A stretch of DNA of 64,000 nucleotides, taken from the NCBI GenBank assembly GCA_965112735.1, contig OZ218965.1, positions 496,001-560,000 on the forward strand, given 5' to 3'. The position numbers were made by a program, and so were the translations under genes. Of this stretch, positions 36,948 to 49,300 are shown in pieces (positions within the stretch are counted from its first letter, which is position 1; each line of letters begins with the position of its first letter). Below the pieces are notes generated by a model. That model had not been told where the DNA came from. It did no database searches and worked only from the letters and a program-made list of their open reading frames with translations. The stretch comes from Phaeosaccion multiseriatum (lineage: Eukaryota; Protista; Ochrophyta, other classes).

Positions 36948-38500
36948 ATGGTTGGATTGGATTCTCCTCGTAGCAGTGATGACCAGCTTTGGTTTCAGCA
37001 GCATGTATTGCGGTTGCATCAGCTGTCTATGCAGTTCGTGGAACAGTGGATGCAACAGACAAAGGCAGAGTTGTTGCGTGAGGACCGAAGAAAGGCTTTG
37101 TGTTCGCAGAGAGTAGCACAGCATGGGGATACGCCAGCATCGCTGTCTTGTGATGAGGCACTGGACATGCATAGCTTTTACGCTCCGTCTAAGGCGGACG
37201 AGGGCGGGGAAGCAACAGGGATCGCAATGGAGCGAAGTATTTTGGAAATTAGGGAGAGGAAGCCACGCTTGGAGCAGCGGAAATTGCCATAGAACACGCC
37301 GACGCCCCGCTTGGAGAAGCGGATACAGCCATAGAGACAGCCCCGCTTGGAGAAGCGGAAATTTGCAGCACCGCTACAGCCACAGCCATCAGTGATGCCA
37401 TTGAGAACGCCGCCGCCCCGCTTGATACAGCGGAAATTGCCATAGAGCACGCCGACGCCCCGCTTGGAGAAGCGGATACAGCCATAGAGACAGCCCCGCT
37501 TGGAGAAGCGGAAATTTGCAGCACTGCTACAGCCACAGCCATCAGTGATGCCATTGAGAACGCCGCCGCCCCGCTTGATACAGCGGAAATTGCCATAGAG
37601 CACGCCGACGCCCCGCTTGGAGAAGCGGATACAGCCATAGAGACAGCCCCGCTTGGAGAAGCGGAAATTTGCAGCACCGCTACAGCCACAGCCATCAGTG
37701 ATGCCATTGAGAACGCCGCCGCCCCGCTTGATACAGCGGAAATTGCCCACGGGAGTGCTTCGCCTACAGCCATAGAGAACGCCCCGCTTGGCGCAACGGA
37801 TATAACCATAGAGACAGCCCCGCTTGGAGAAGCGGAATTTAGCAGCAACGCTACAGCAACAGCAATAAGTGATTCGCCCCCGCCTACTATCGATGCACAC
37901 GGGCCGCACGGGAGCACGGCCAGCGAGGGTAGTGGGAGTGAGTGCATTAGTCGCAAAAGGATAGCCGGAAGGTGGCATTGTGTTCATCTTCCTCGCCCCT
38001 GGAGAGTTTTTGCGCGAGAGCAGGACGGCAGCAGTGGTGCAATTGGGCTCTCAGGACAAGCAGCTACAGCAAGGCAGTTAGTACGAGCATCAGCGCTGAC
38101 AGCATGGATACGAAGGCAGCTATTCGGGCTGTTGGAAGGAACCGGGGAGCACTTTGATGGTGGTTGGCGCCTTGAGTTTGCGTGTGGAGCGGATATTGAA
38201 CCTGTGGCCAGACCAGCGAAGCGAAGAGCGACAGGAGGGGCGCAGCATGCAAGGGAGGCATTGGGAATTGGAAGGCGGCATTGGGAGTGTAAGGCGTTTG
38301 CATTTCGGGAGGTGCAGCAGCATTTGGTGGCCATCTACGGGGTGTGCGGAGATGCCCGTCGTCCGGTGCTGAAGGGAATTGGGGCATTTGAGCAGTGTGG
38401 CTACTTATCTGCCATGGAAGGCGGAGGCATGCCGTTTGGTCGTTCACAATAGCTATGGAGTGGGTTTTGGGGCCTGCCTGTGATGCAGAGGAGCAGGTGA
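36948..38500 (+). pseudogene. ORF-A of the LTR element (~517 codons), disrupted by one 1-bp deletion and one nonsense codon
   Basis: The frame is open 36948-~37255 and ~37257-38449. The homolog near 45540(-) reads EIADEDAPL across the frameshift. TAG at 38450 is CAG in the other three copies, and the TGA at 38498 is shared by the copies ending at 15310 and 25350. Confidence 0.6.
37277..37745 (+). repeat. 153-bp (51-codon) tandem repeat x3 inside ORF-A
   Basis: gcggaaattgcc recurs at 37277, 37430, 37583 and 37736. The repeat is built from APLGEAEIAIE-like subunits. Confidence 0.9.
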
Positions 38501-38545
38501 TGGATTTTTCGGCGTTGGGGCTCGTGAGCGGTGTGAACGTGGGCA

Positions 38546-38920
38546 ATGGGAGAGAAAAGGGCTTGTGGTTTGCTGTGCTTGCGCGACTTACTTGCGGCAG
38601 TAGGGATGGATTATCCTCTTGCTATCGGGCTCGGTGGTCGATGGATTGGTGCAGCAGCGCTTGAGATATTGGACTTGTTCGTTTTTCGGGACCGCAGCAC
38701 CGAGGTGTTTTGCATTCGTTGTATTGTTCAGCTGGTACAGCGGAAGTTCGCGGCGGACGATTGGAATCGCAGCGGAGTGGTCTTGGTACGGCGTATGCTG
38801 AAGGATAGCTTCTACGAGTTGATGTTCGAGGAGCTTGGAGTGGAAAACATGAGTGCTTCTGCGAGGGCATTTTCGGCTTTTCTACAGGGGTTGGTTATAT
38901 GGACATTTTTGGATCTGTGA
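38546..38920 (+). CDS. Unknown 124-aa ORF-B (copy in LTR element)
   Basis: Same start and stop as 15356-15730. It contains a CxxC (FCIRC). Confidence 0.3.
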   Translation: MGEKRACGLLCLRDLLAAVGMDYPLAIGLGGRWIGAAALEILDLFVFRDRSTEVFCIRCIVQLVQRKFAADDWNRSGVVLVRRMLKDSFYELMFEELGVENMSASARAFSAFLQGLVIWTFLDL

Positions 38921-41900
38921 TTCCAAAAAGAATTTGAATTTGCTGGATTGGACGCGCTTTGCTGCTTATGCTAGCCTTCCCAGCGGATTGCATCGTGTTT
39001 TTGCGTTGTATATGCCGCATGGATGCTGCTGGAGCTGGTTACTTGGTGCTTGCTATGGAAATTGGATTATGCTGCTCTGCCTGCGGCTTTGTTTGGAGGT
39101 ATTGCCGTCCTTTGATGACACACATTGAGACGAGGATTCGCTGCACGCATTTGGGATATTTGGTTTGCTTTATTTATGGGATTGCTGCTACTGCTACTGC
39201 TGCTTATTGCGAAGGGTCTGATCAACTCTTCTGGAACTCGCGAGCTTGATTTTCTTTTGGAGGCAACACTGCTGGCGCTACGACTTGGGGGGTTGGCATT
39301 GATCGGTATTCATGCTTCAGCTCGCTGTGTGCACAACGGGTACGGGTCGGTTAGTATGTGGTTGTTCTCATTTTTCTTTTTGGTGTTGTGTCACACCGGT
39401 ATTTTCTTTTGTTTGCTGAAGAAGTTGGTGCTACGCTTTGGAATATGGATGCTTTGCTGCTTTGCTTGCTGCTAGATGCATGGGGTTTTGGACTTTGTTT
39501 CTTTCCCCATTGGTTTGCTCTAGTTCTATAAGAGCTTTGTGTGTGAGCTGCTCCTTTTCGCCTCACAGTTTTCTCAGTCCTTGGCTGGTTGGCCTCGGCC
39601 TTGGGGGGGGGAAGTTGTGGAGTCTCAAAGGTGTTTGGTATGTTCGAATCCGGATTGTCGCCATTTGGGGAACACGTGCTTCATATGAACGGCATGTCGC
39701 AGGAGGAGGATAGATAGAAAAGTGGGATTGATAAGGAAAGCTAATACACGCTCAACATAGGATAAGAATCCCCTTGCTTGTTGGTTGTCTGGGGTTTGTG
39801 GTCTGTCCCACATCCCAGGTACCTCAAATCTGGCCCTTGGCAGTGCTCAAAAATGCCCAAAGCCGGCATTTGCAGGGCACACACAGCCTAGACGAAGCGT
39901 TTGCTGGCCACAACATGCCTGCACTGGGCCCTGACTCTGCATAACCAGCCCAATAGAGAGACTGCATCGCCGCAACGAGGCCAAGTAGGGTCTCCGATCG
40001 GCCCAAATGGCCCAATCTGGCCCTTGGCAGTGCTCAAAAATGCCCAAAGCCGGCATTTGCAGGGCACACACAGCCTAGACGAAGCGTTTGCTGGCCACAA
40101 CATGCCTGCACTGGGCCCTGACTCTGCATAACCAGCCCAATAGAGGTACTGCATCGCCACAATGAGGCCAACTGGGACGTCCGATCGGTCCAAATTGCGC
40201 AAAGCCGGCATTTGCAGGGCACACACAGCCTAGACGAAGCGTTTGCTGGCCACAACATGCCTGCACTGGGCCCTGACTCTGCATAACCAGCCCAATAGAC
40301 GTACTGCATCGCCACAACGAGGCCAAGTTGGGCATCCGATCGGCCCAAATTGCGCAAAGCCGGCATTTGCAGGGCACACACAGCCTAGACGAAGCGTTTG
40401 CTGGCCACAACATGCCTGCACTGGGCCCTGACTCTGCATAACCAGCCCAATAGAGGTACTGCATCGCCACAATGAGGCCAACTGGGACGTCCGATCGGCC
40501 CAAATGGCCCAATCTGGCCCTTGGCAGTGCTCAAAAAAGACCAAAGCCGGCATTTGCAGGGCACACACAGCCTAGACGAAGCGTTTGCTGGCCACAACAT
40601 GCCTGCACTGGGCCCTGACTCTGCATAACCAGCCCAATAGAGGTACTGCATCGCCACAACCAGGCCAAGTGGGGCATCTGATTGGACCAAATTGCGCAAT
40701 GCCGGCATTTGCAGGGCACACACAGCCTAGACGAAGCGTTTGCTGGCCACAACATGCCCGCACTGGGCCCTGACTCTGCATAACAAGCCCAATAGAGGTC
40801 TCGCATCGCCACAACTAGGCCAAGTGGGGCATCCGATCGGCCCAAATGGCCCAATCTGGCCCTTGGCAGTGCTCAAAAAAGCCCAAAGCCGGCATTTGCA
40901 GGGCACACACAGCCTAGACGAAGCGTTTGCTGGCCACAACATGCCTGCACTGGGCCCTGACTCTGCATAACCAGCCCAATAGAGGTACTGCATCGCCACA
41001 ACCAGGCCAAGTGGGGCATCGGATCGGCCCAAATGGCCCAATCTGGCCCTTGGCAGTGCTCAAAAAGCCCAAAGCCGGCATTTGCAGGGCACACACAGTC
41101 TAGACGAAGCGTTTGCTGGCCACAACATGCCTGCACTGGGCCCTGACTCTGCATAACCAGCCCAATAGAGGTACTGCATCGCCACAACGAGGCCAAGTCG
41201 GGCATCCGATTGGCCCAAATTGCGCAATGCCGGCATTTGCAGGGCACACACAGCCTAGACGAAGCGTTTGCTGGCCACAACATGCCTGCACTGGGCCCTG
41301 ACTCTGCATAACAAGCCCAATAGAGGTACTGCATCGCCACAACAAGGCCAAGTCGGGCATCCGATTGGCCCAAATTGCGCAATGCCGGCATTTGCAGGGC
41401 ACACACAGCCTAGACGAAGCGTTTGCTGGCCACAACATGCCTGCACTGGGCCCTGGCTCAGTACATCAGGCCCAATAGAGGTATCGCAACGCCACAACTA
41501 GGCCAAGTGGGGTCTCCGATTGGCCCAAATGGCCCAATCTGGCCTTTGCAGTGCTCCCACAGCCGGCATTTGCAGGGCACACACAGCCTAGACGAAGCGT
41601 TTGCTGGCCACAACATGCCTGCACTGGGCCCTGACTCTGTACAACCAGCCCAATAAAGGTACTGCATCGCCACAACTAGGCCAAGTGGGGCATTCGATGG
41701 GCCCAAATTGCGCAAAGCCGGCATTTGCAGAGCACACACAGCCTAGACGAAGCGTTTGCTGGCCACAACATGCCTGCACTGGGCCCTGGCTCTGTATAAC
41801 TAGCCCAATAGAGGTACTGCATCGCCACAACTAGGCCAAGTGGGGCATCGGATTGGCCCAAATTGCCCAAAGCCGACATTTGCAGGGCACACACACAGAG

Positions 41901-42088
41901 AAGTCGCTGGCCACATCATGCCTGCACTGAGAGATAACTGAAGTAATGGCTCTTCGTCTCTTCTCCTCAAAAATTTCGTTCGCTTTTCGTACGACCTGCT
42001 CGTCCACAGCCCGCTGCTGCCATGAGCGCTTTTAATTACTTGTCTCCCGTTGAAAATGGTGGCGATTTGTTGACTTGGAAGATTTTTT

Positions 42089-42624
42089 CGTAACGTTTTT
42101 TTGTTCCGCCATAGTCTCGCGAGGAAAGAAGGACGGCTATAAGCATGATCAGCAACAAACGACAGCGGCAGGAGCAGGAGCAGCAGGAGCATCAACAGCT
42201 TTAAGCTAGGACGCGGAGGACGAGCAAGAGCAGGATGAGCCACGATTTTTTTTTGTTCCTATTCGTAACGTTTTTTTGTTCCGCCATAGTCTCGCGAGGA
42301 AAGAAGTAGGACGGCTATAAGCATGATCAGCAACAAAAGAAAGCGGCAGGAACAGCAGCAGCAGCAGCAGGAGCAGCATCAGCAGCCTTAAGTTAGGACG
42401 TGGAGGACGAGCAAGAGCAGGATGAGCCACGATTTTTTTTTGTTCCTGTTCGTAACGTTTTTTTGTTCCGCCATAGTCTCGCGAGGAAAGAAGTAGGACG
42501 GCTATACGCATGATCAGCAACAAAAGAAAGCGGCAGGAACAGCAGCAGCAGCAGCAGCAGCAGGAGCAGCATCAGCAGCCTTAAGTTAGGACGTGGAGGA
42601 CGAGCAAGAGCAGGATGAGCCACG
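42089..42624. repeat. Second tandem repeat, 3 units of 175-187 bp with a variable CAG tract
   Basis: cgtaacgtttttttgttccgccatagtctcgcgagg occurs at 42089, 42264 and 42451. Confidence 0.9.
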
Positions 42625-43149
42625 AACATTTTTTTTATCGAACGTGGTGGGCACTGCAAAATCTCCGGCTTGCGCTCTCTCCCGGTACGCACGAGTACAT
42701 GCATCAGTGGGGATAAGCGGGATATATGTGCTCCTGCGGCCTGCCGGAGGCTCTTAGCCTTTGAGAGTGGTTGATATGCGTGCAGCTGATGCTGCGGAAG
42801 AGTCAAGCAAGCGCCTCCCAAAAATCGTGTGATATACTCTTTACACCAAGCCCTGCTCTCAATTGAAGACGCACTGTACTCTCATCTCGCAGGTGTCTCA
42901 TTTAAGAGCCCACGATACTCTGGAGACGCTATGAGTTGAGACCCTCGAGGATATTTCAGGCCGCGGAATTTGTCGTGTCCCCGACGGGTTGACTCAGGCA
43001 CCGATCTTCTTCACTTTTCCACCAGCCCACAGCGGCACTACCTTCTCAAGACCAAACGCTCTCTTTTTGGAGCGCTCTCATTTGAGAGCAAGAGGGTCGT
43101 CGTCTCTCAAGTGAGAACACATTTGCTGGGGGGAGAGGACCACCTGTCC

Positions 43150-43458
43150 ACCTGTATTGGCGCTGTTGTGGCATTATCATATCTCAGTTGGGCCTGTTGT
43201 GCTGAGCCAATGCTCGGCGTGGGCATGTTGAGGCCAATAAACGCGTCGTTCGGGCTGTGTGGACGCCGCAAATGCCGGCTTTGGGACCGCATAGAGCCAG
43301 ATTGGGCCATTTGAGCCCATCCAAGGCCCCACTTGGCGCTGTTGTGGCAATGTCGTATGTCAGTTGGGCCTGTTGTGCTGAGCCAATGCTCGGCGTGGGC
43401 ATGTTGGGGACAGCAAACGCGTCGTTCGGGCTGTGTGTGCCCCGCAAATGCCGGCTTT
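43150..43458 (-). repeat. Inverted, strongly diverged satellite monomers (~1.7 units)
   Basis: The reverse complement reads aaagccggcatttgcggggcacacacagcccgaacgacgcgtttgctg... Confidence 0.85.
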
Positions 43459-46225
43459 TGTGGAGTCTCAAAGGTGCTTGGCATGTTCGAATCCGGATTG
43501 TCGCCAGTTGCGGGGAACGTACGCCTATATATTTCCCTCCTCCTGCGACTACCGTTCATACGAGGTATACTTCCCCAGCTGCTGGCGACAATCCGGATTC
43601 GAACATGCCAAGCACCTTTGAGACTCCACAACTTCCCCCCCCCCAAGACCGAGGCCAACCAGCCAAGGACTGAGAAAAATGTGAGGCGAAAAGGAGCAAC
43701 TCACACACAAACTACGAACAGAACTATAGCAATCCAATGCAAAAGAAACCAAGTCCAAAACCCCATGCATAGACAAGCAGCAAACCATCTATACCCAAAG
43801 CGAAGCACCAACTCCAAACGCAAACTAAATAAAACAACAGTATGAGACAGCCCGAAGAAAGGAGGAAGAACCGACACAATATCAAGCTCCTGAGCTCCAG
43901 AAGAGTTAGCTACGCTCTTCGCAGTAACCCGCAGCAGCAGCAGTACCACCAACCAAGCAAACCAAACCCCAAATGCCTGCGGCCAAACCTCGTCTCATTG
44001 TGTGTCAACAAAGGACCGCAATAGCTCCAAGCAATGCCACAAGCATGAGCACCATACTCCAATTTCCGTAGCAATAAGCACCAAGTAACCAGCTCCAGCA
44101 GCATCCATGCGTCCTATACAACGCAAACACACGGCGCTGTCTGTCCCGTCCACTGGCAAGGCTAACATATAAAAAGGGCACAAACCAGCATTTCTTTTGG
44201 AATCACATATCCGAAATGTCCAAACCACCAACACCTGTAGAAAAGTCGAAAATGCCCTCACATGAGCACCCATGTTTTCCACACCAAGCTCCTCAACTAT
44301 CCACTCATAGAGGCTACTCTTCTGCGTACGCCGTGCCAAGACCACTCTGCTGCGATTCCAACCGTCCGGCGCGGACTTCCGCTGTACCAGCTCGACAACA
44401 CAACGAATGCAAAACACCTCGTTGCTGCCGTCCCGCAAAACGAACAAGCCCAATAGCTCAAGCTCTGCTGCACCAATCCATCGACCACCAAGCATGATAG
44501 CAAGAGGATAATTCATCCATACTGCCGCAAGTAAGTCGCGCGAGCATAGCAAACCACAATCCCTTTTCTCTCCCATTCCCTACGTTCACGCCGCTCACGT
44601 GCCCCAACGCCGAAAAGTCCATGACCTGCTCCTCTGCATCACAGACAGGCCCCATCAAACTTCACTCCATAGCTGTCCATAGCTGGTGTGAACGAGCAAA
44701 TGCCATGCCTCCGCCGCCAAAATCAGATAAGTAGCCACTTGTAGAATTCCCCAATTTCCCTCACACGACGCAGTGTACCTTTCCCCACATTACGTAGAAG
44801 GCGTACACTCCCAACGCCGCCTTCCAAGTCCCAATGCCTCCCTTGCATGCTGTGCCCCTCCTGTCGCTCGTCACTTCTCTGTCTGAAGACAGTCCAAGAC
44901 GACCTACCTCACCTCATGTGCATGCCAACACTACGCCGTACACCGCAGTCAAAATGCTCAACAAGCTGCGATGAGCCAAACATCTGCCGTTGTATCGTTG
45001 GATCCTTGCTGTTGCTGCTGAAGCTCTTGCTACTTGTCCTGAGAGCCCAATTGCATCACTCCTGCCGTCGTCCTTCTCCCGCGCAAAAAGTCTCCAGGGG
45101 CGAGGAAGATGAACACAATGCCACCTTCCGGCTATCCTTTTGCGACTAATGCACTCACTCCCACTACCCCCACTGTCCGTGCTCCCGCGCGGCCCGGGTG
45201 CAGCGACGGTAGGCTGAGGCGAATAACTTGTTGTGGCACCTGCGTCGTTGCTATTGCCGCACTCCACAGAGGAGGAAAAGTCAACCCAACTCCCCCCCCT
45301 CTGCCCCATCCCCTTCTTCAGATAGTCTCTGATCAGAGGGGGGCATACCATTCTCACTACCCTCGCTTGCTGCACTTGCTGCACTCCCCAAAGTACAGCT
45401 CTCTTTTGCAATCCCCGCTTCTCCAAGCGGCGCGTCCTCTACTGTGATCCCCGCTTCTCCAGGCGGTGCGTCCTCTATTGCGATCTCCGCTTCTCCAAGC
45501 GGTGCGTCCTCTATTGCGATCAAGCGGTGCGTCCTCATCCGCAATTTCCAGAAGGCTTTTCCCGATAGCGATCTCCGCTGCTTCCCCGCCCTCCTCCACC
45601 TTAGACAGAGCGTAAAAGCTATTCATTTCCCATCCCCGATCACACTGACGGACCTCGATGTTGCCGTATCCCACATACTGTGCTGCTCTCTGCGAACACA
45701 AAGCCTTTCTTCGGTCCTCACGCGACAACCCCTCCTTTGCCGTTTTCCGCCTCCTGCTCATTGTCTGCCACATACCATCAAGACACAGAGAAGACCTTGC
45801 TCCGTCCGCAGAAGCGCACGCGACCTTTCCAAGCTGCTTGCTCCCATTCTCCTTACCGAAGCCGCTGTTGCTGCTGTGGCTGCTGTTGCTGCTGTTGTGC
45901 GCTAGAAACTTCTGAGAAAATCCGATCGGTCCTGCTGTTCATCGCCGCCGTTGTCTTCGTCTGCTGCAGCCTCTCCACAAGTAGACCTTCCAGTCGGCGC
46001 CGTCGTCACACATCCTTCGATCTTCTCCCGCGACAAGCTATAGTAGAACACACACACAACAAGGAACCCTGGTCTTCCACCAAGTTGTGAGGTCCAAATC
46101 GTGGGCAACCATCAGGTCTTGCACGCCTTGTGGCAGCTACCACATCAACAGATGCACGAACTCAACGGCGCAATCATGGCGTCCCCCAAATGTTGACGAC
46201 ACGAATTCCAACATGTGTACCCTTT
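43459..46225 (-). mobile_element. Older, diverged copy of the non-autonomous LTR element
   Basis: The PPT (C-run ~43635-43644) precedes an LTR start at 43630. The PBS TGGTGGAAG starts at 46082 on the minus strand. The internal region is homologous to 36900-39600, and the 5' LTR (46086-~46225) is degenerate. Confidence 0.78.
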
Positions 46226-46391
46226 TTTTTTTAAACTTTTGTGCACAGCTACAGGCGTGATTCATGCTTCTCGGCGCCCTCCCTCTACCTAACTAAACTA
46301 AACAAGTGAGTGGGTGGGTGGAAAAGGAAAAAACACTGACCAATCAGTCAGCCTGCCAATCAGCAGCGGCCCTCAATCAGGGGACCGAGCC

Positions 46392-49300
46392 TCAACAGCA
46401 TCCGCACATGTCATCCAGAGGACCGCTTCCATCGGGTTTCATGCGAATGAGGAAGAGGAGGCTCGCCTTCTCCCTCAACGTGTCCATGAATGGATGCCAC
46501 TTGTGAAAAGACTCCTTCGTCGTAAACAATGGCACTCGGTGATCTGGGACGGGAATGTGCAGCTGAAAGGTGGGGGCAATCGAGTGGAAAGAGAGCTGAT
46601 AGACTTGGCTTGCTGAGCGGCCACCCACTTGTTGAATAACCATGCGGTGCTGGGACAGTGTGCTGGCTGCGCCTTGCTCCATCTCCTCATCTGGCTGCAA
46701 AATCATCTTGAACTTGAGGGTGTCACACCCGTCATCCATGCTCTCTGAGTCTTCATACTCGTACTCCACCCTCGCCATGCCGGAGTGGGTACTGTTCTTC
46801 GGGTCTGAGAGGAAAGTCTGAATCGTCTCTGGCCGCCATGCAAACTCCTGCACAAAGAGGCGTGCATCTTCATCGGCGATGTCGCACACCTGTCAGAAGA
46901 ACACCAAACGAGTAGTCAAGCGACGAGTTTCACACACGCGGCCCACGACCATCACACACGCCCCGAAGAGTCGTTCTTACTCACCTCCAACCAAGTTACT
47001 CCAGCAGCCTCGGCCTCTGCTGGAGACGTTAATGTCAAGCCAAACAAAGACGCAACGTCCAGCTTCGCGGCACGCGCAGCCTGGATGTACACGCTCGCTG
47101 AAGGCATGGAAAGTAGCGTGTGCAGGTAAAAGGCTTTGTGATCCCGGGGGTGGCGAGCAGCAAAGGCCTGTGGGTCATGGCTCACTAACGCCTTGTAGTG
47201 TCCAGCGGCATCGACCCCAAACACTGCGTCGCTCAAGGGAGCTGCAGTCATACCAACTGCCCCTACGTTTGTTGTCGTCAAATGAGCAAGCACCCTGTAT
47301 GGGATCGCAAGGGGGACAAACATTCGTTCACGTGTCAGCAACGTTAGAATTCCCCTCTCCCACAAACTGAAGGGAACTCGTCTCACCTAAAAAAAGCCGG
47401 TTCAGCTTGCTGATGTAGTCTCTGGAGCAGATCAGACCCCGGCGGTCCAAGGCCAGAGGCGCATCGCAGAGGATGTCGCACTGGCCTCAGGGTGGCCGCA
47501 AAGGCAGTCTCAAAATAGTCCCTGTCCAAACTTCGGCCGATAAACACAATCTTGCACCCACGCTGCTCGTCAGGGCCCCAGTCTCCAACTTCTTCCTTCT
47601 CGGCCACATCAGACACCACATGGAAGGCCATCTTTCGATGCGAGCCGGCCACCGCTACAATTGCCTTGCACCGATACAGCACGCCAGCCTCGGGGGGCTT
47701 CATAGACAGTGTCCTTACCCATCTCGCGAAGGCCAGCAGCTGCCGTGGAAATTAAGATTCGGCGTGCGATAGTTGAGAGGTCTCGCCCACACGTACTGAC
47801 CAGTCTCTCCCCCTCCAGCTCGCCCGTTTTGGATCTACTCACCTCCACCTCCATGTTGGGGTATGTGACGCTGAATGTGCCTACTGAGGTGGCGTGCTTG
47901 GAAGCGGCCTTGGTTTCTCTGGATGATCGGGGGTTGGACGAGACAGGACAAGGAGATATGAGGAGAAGGGTGAAGAGGGCGAGCACTTCTTCCGTTCCCA
48001 TCGTACTTTGGCAAGTCGTCTGCGCTTGTGCTGTGATCATGGTGGTCGTGACTATGCTCCTCATCGTGGCCGTGTCCCTGGTCGCAGCAATGCCCCTTGT
48101 CGCAATGCCCCTCATCGTGACCGTGTTCCTCGCTGCTATGGCCGTGGTCGTGGCAATGCCCCTCATCGTGACCGTGTTCCTCACTGCTATGGCCGTGGTC
48201 GTGGCAATGCCCCTCATCGTCGCAGCAGCTCTCTGCACTTTCATCATGGGCGACATCTGGCAAGAATTCGCTTTCCACCTGTAGCTGCCGCAAGTCGAAA
48301 GCGCCCAAGTCCATCAGCTCCGCTGGATGGAGCTGCCCTCGTACGCAGGAGCGGACTTTGGCGTCGGGGTTGATTTGGCGAATCCGCTCCCACACTTCCA
48401 AAGCACTGGGGCCGGACACCAGGTCAATCTGGGGGGGGGGGGAGGTGGACAGGCCACAACAACTTGAGCCTGGAAACCAAACAGGCGAGTCGGTAGGTAG
48501 AGCACAGCTTGGCGCTCTCTCACCTTATTCAAAATAACTCGGTCAGCATACGTAATCTGCTGAAATGCCTCGTCCACTGTGCCGTTGCTGTCCACGCCGG
48601 CATTTGCCTCCATTCTATCGTCCATCTCCTTGAGGCGATTTAGGATGTTCTTTGAGTCCACCAAAGTGACGACGCCATCAAGGCGGAAGTTGTCGGTAAT
48701 TGCAGGGGTTTGAAGAAACGTTCGCACGATGGGAACAGGGTCGGCCATCCCTGTGGTTTCAATAAGCACGCTGTCCAGCGGGTTACCCTCGTGAACCTTT
48801 CGCGCGACTTGGTCAAAGGCGCCCAGGAGGTCGCCTCGAATGGTACAACACATGCACCCGTTGTCCATCACCACAACCTGCTCAGCCAAGGAAAGCTTGG
48901 AGCTCAAAAGCTCCTGGTCGATGGCCACCTCTCCGAACTCATTCTCAATCACGGCCACCTTCTTGTGTTGCTGTGAGCGATGTGGGGCAAAACAAAACAA
49001 AAGTCAGACAAGGAGGAGGAGAAAAGGGAGAGGGGGTTGAATTTTACCTGTTCGAAGAGGAGACGATTCAGAAGGGTGGTCTTTCCGGCGCCCAGGAAGC
49101 CTGTCAGAATGGTCACAGGGATGAGCTTCTTCCGCGCGGCCTGGCTGGGGGACGCTTCCACTCCCCCCTCTGGCCGACCCTCCGCTGCACTGGCCATGTG
49201 CAGCTCTCCCACCACCACGACGGTGCCGTCAGGCGCGTCCCAAAGCTCGCTGCACGGCTCGTGGAACGGGAGGGCGTGAGCGCGAGCAGTGTTCATGAGC

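Larger units (their letters stand above)
36649..39826 (+). mobile_element. Non-autonomous LTR retroelement (3178 bp)
   Basis: The 211-bp LTRs at 36649-36859 and 39616-39826 run TG...CA, with 3 mismatches seen. TSD is AATC (36645-36648, 39827-39830). The PBS TGGTGGAAGCTGAGGG lies just after the 5' LTR and the PPT G9AAG is at 39603-39614. No RT, integrase or protease motifs are present. Confidence 0.93.
12183..41929. repeat. GC-rich satellite array (155-bp and 186/187-bp monomers, with 169- and 194-bp variants) with higher-order repeats
   Basis: Blocks: 12183-13476, 16651-19692, 20488-21739, 22535-23787, 27986-36648, 39827-41929. The near-invariant core is catttgcagggcacacacagcctagacgaagcgtttgctggccacaacatgcctgcactgggccctgactct. 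Monomers at both edges are more diverged. Confidence 0.97.

Noticed and set aside
37178-37987. Minus-strand 269-aa and 235-aa repeat ORFs
   Set aside because: They are antisense to ORF-A. The element's PBS/PPT polarity and the homologous copies support the plus strand.
12183-41929. CRISPR-like reading of constant plus variable satellite units
   Set aside because: The variable parts are homologous alleles, not unique spacers. There are no cas genes and the context is eukaryotic.
12183-41929. Hundreds of short ORFs (MCALQMPA..., MLATTCLHW...)
   Set aside because: They are by-products of the repeat. Monomer lengths of 155 and 187 are not multiples of 3, and the frames shift and stop.
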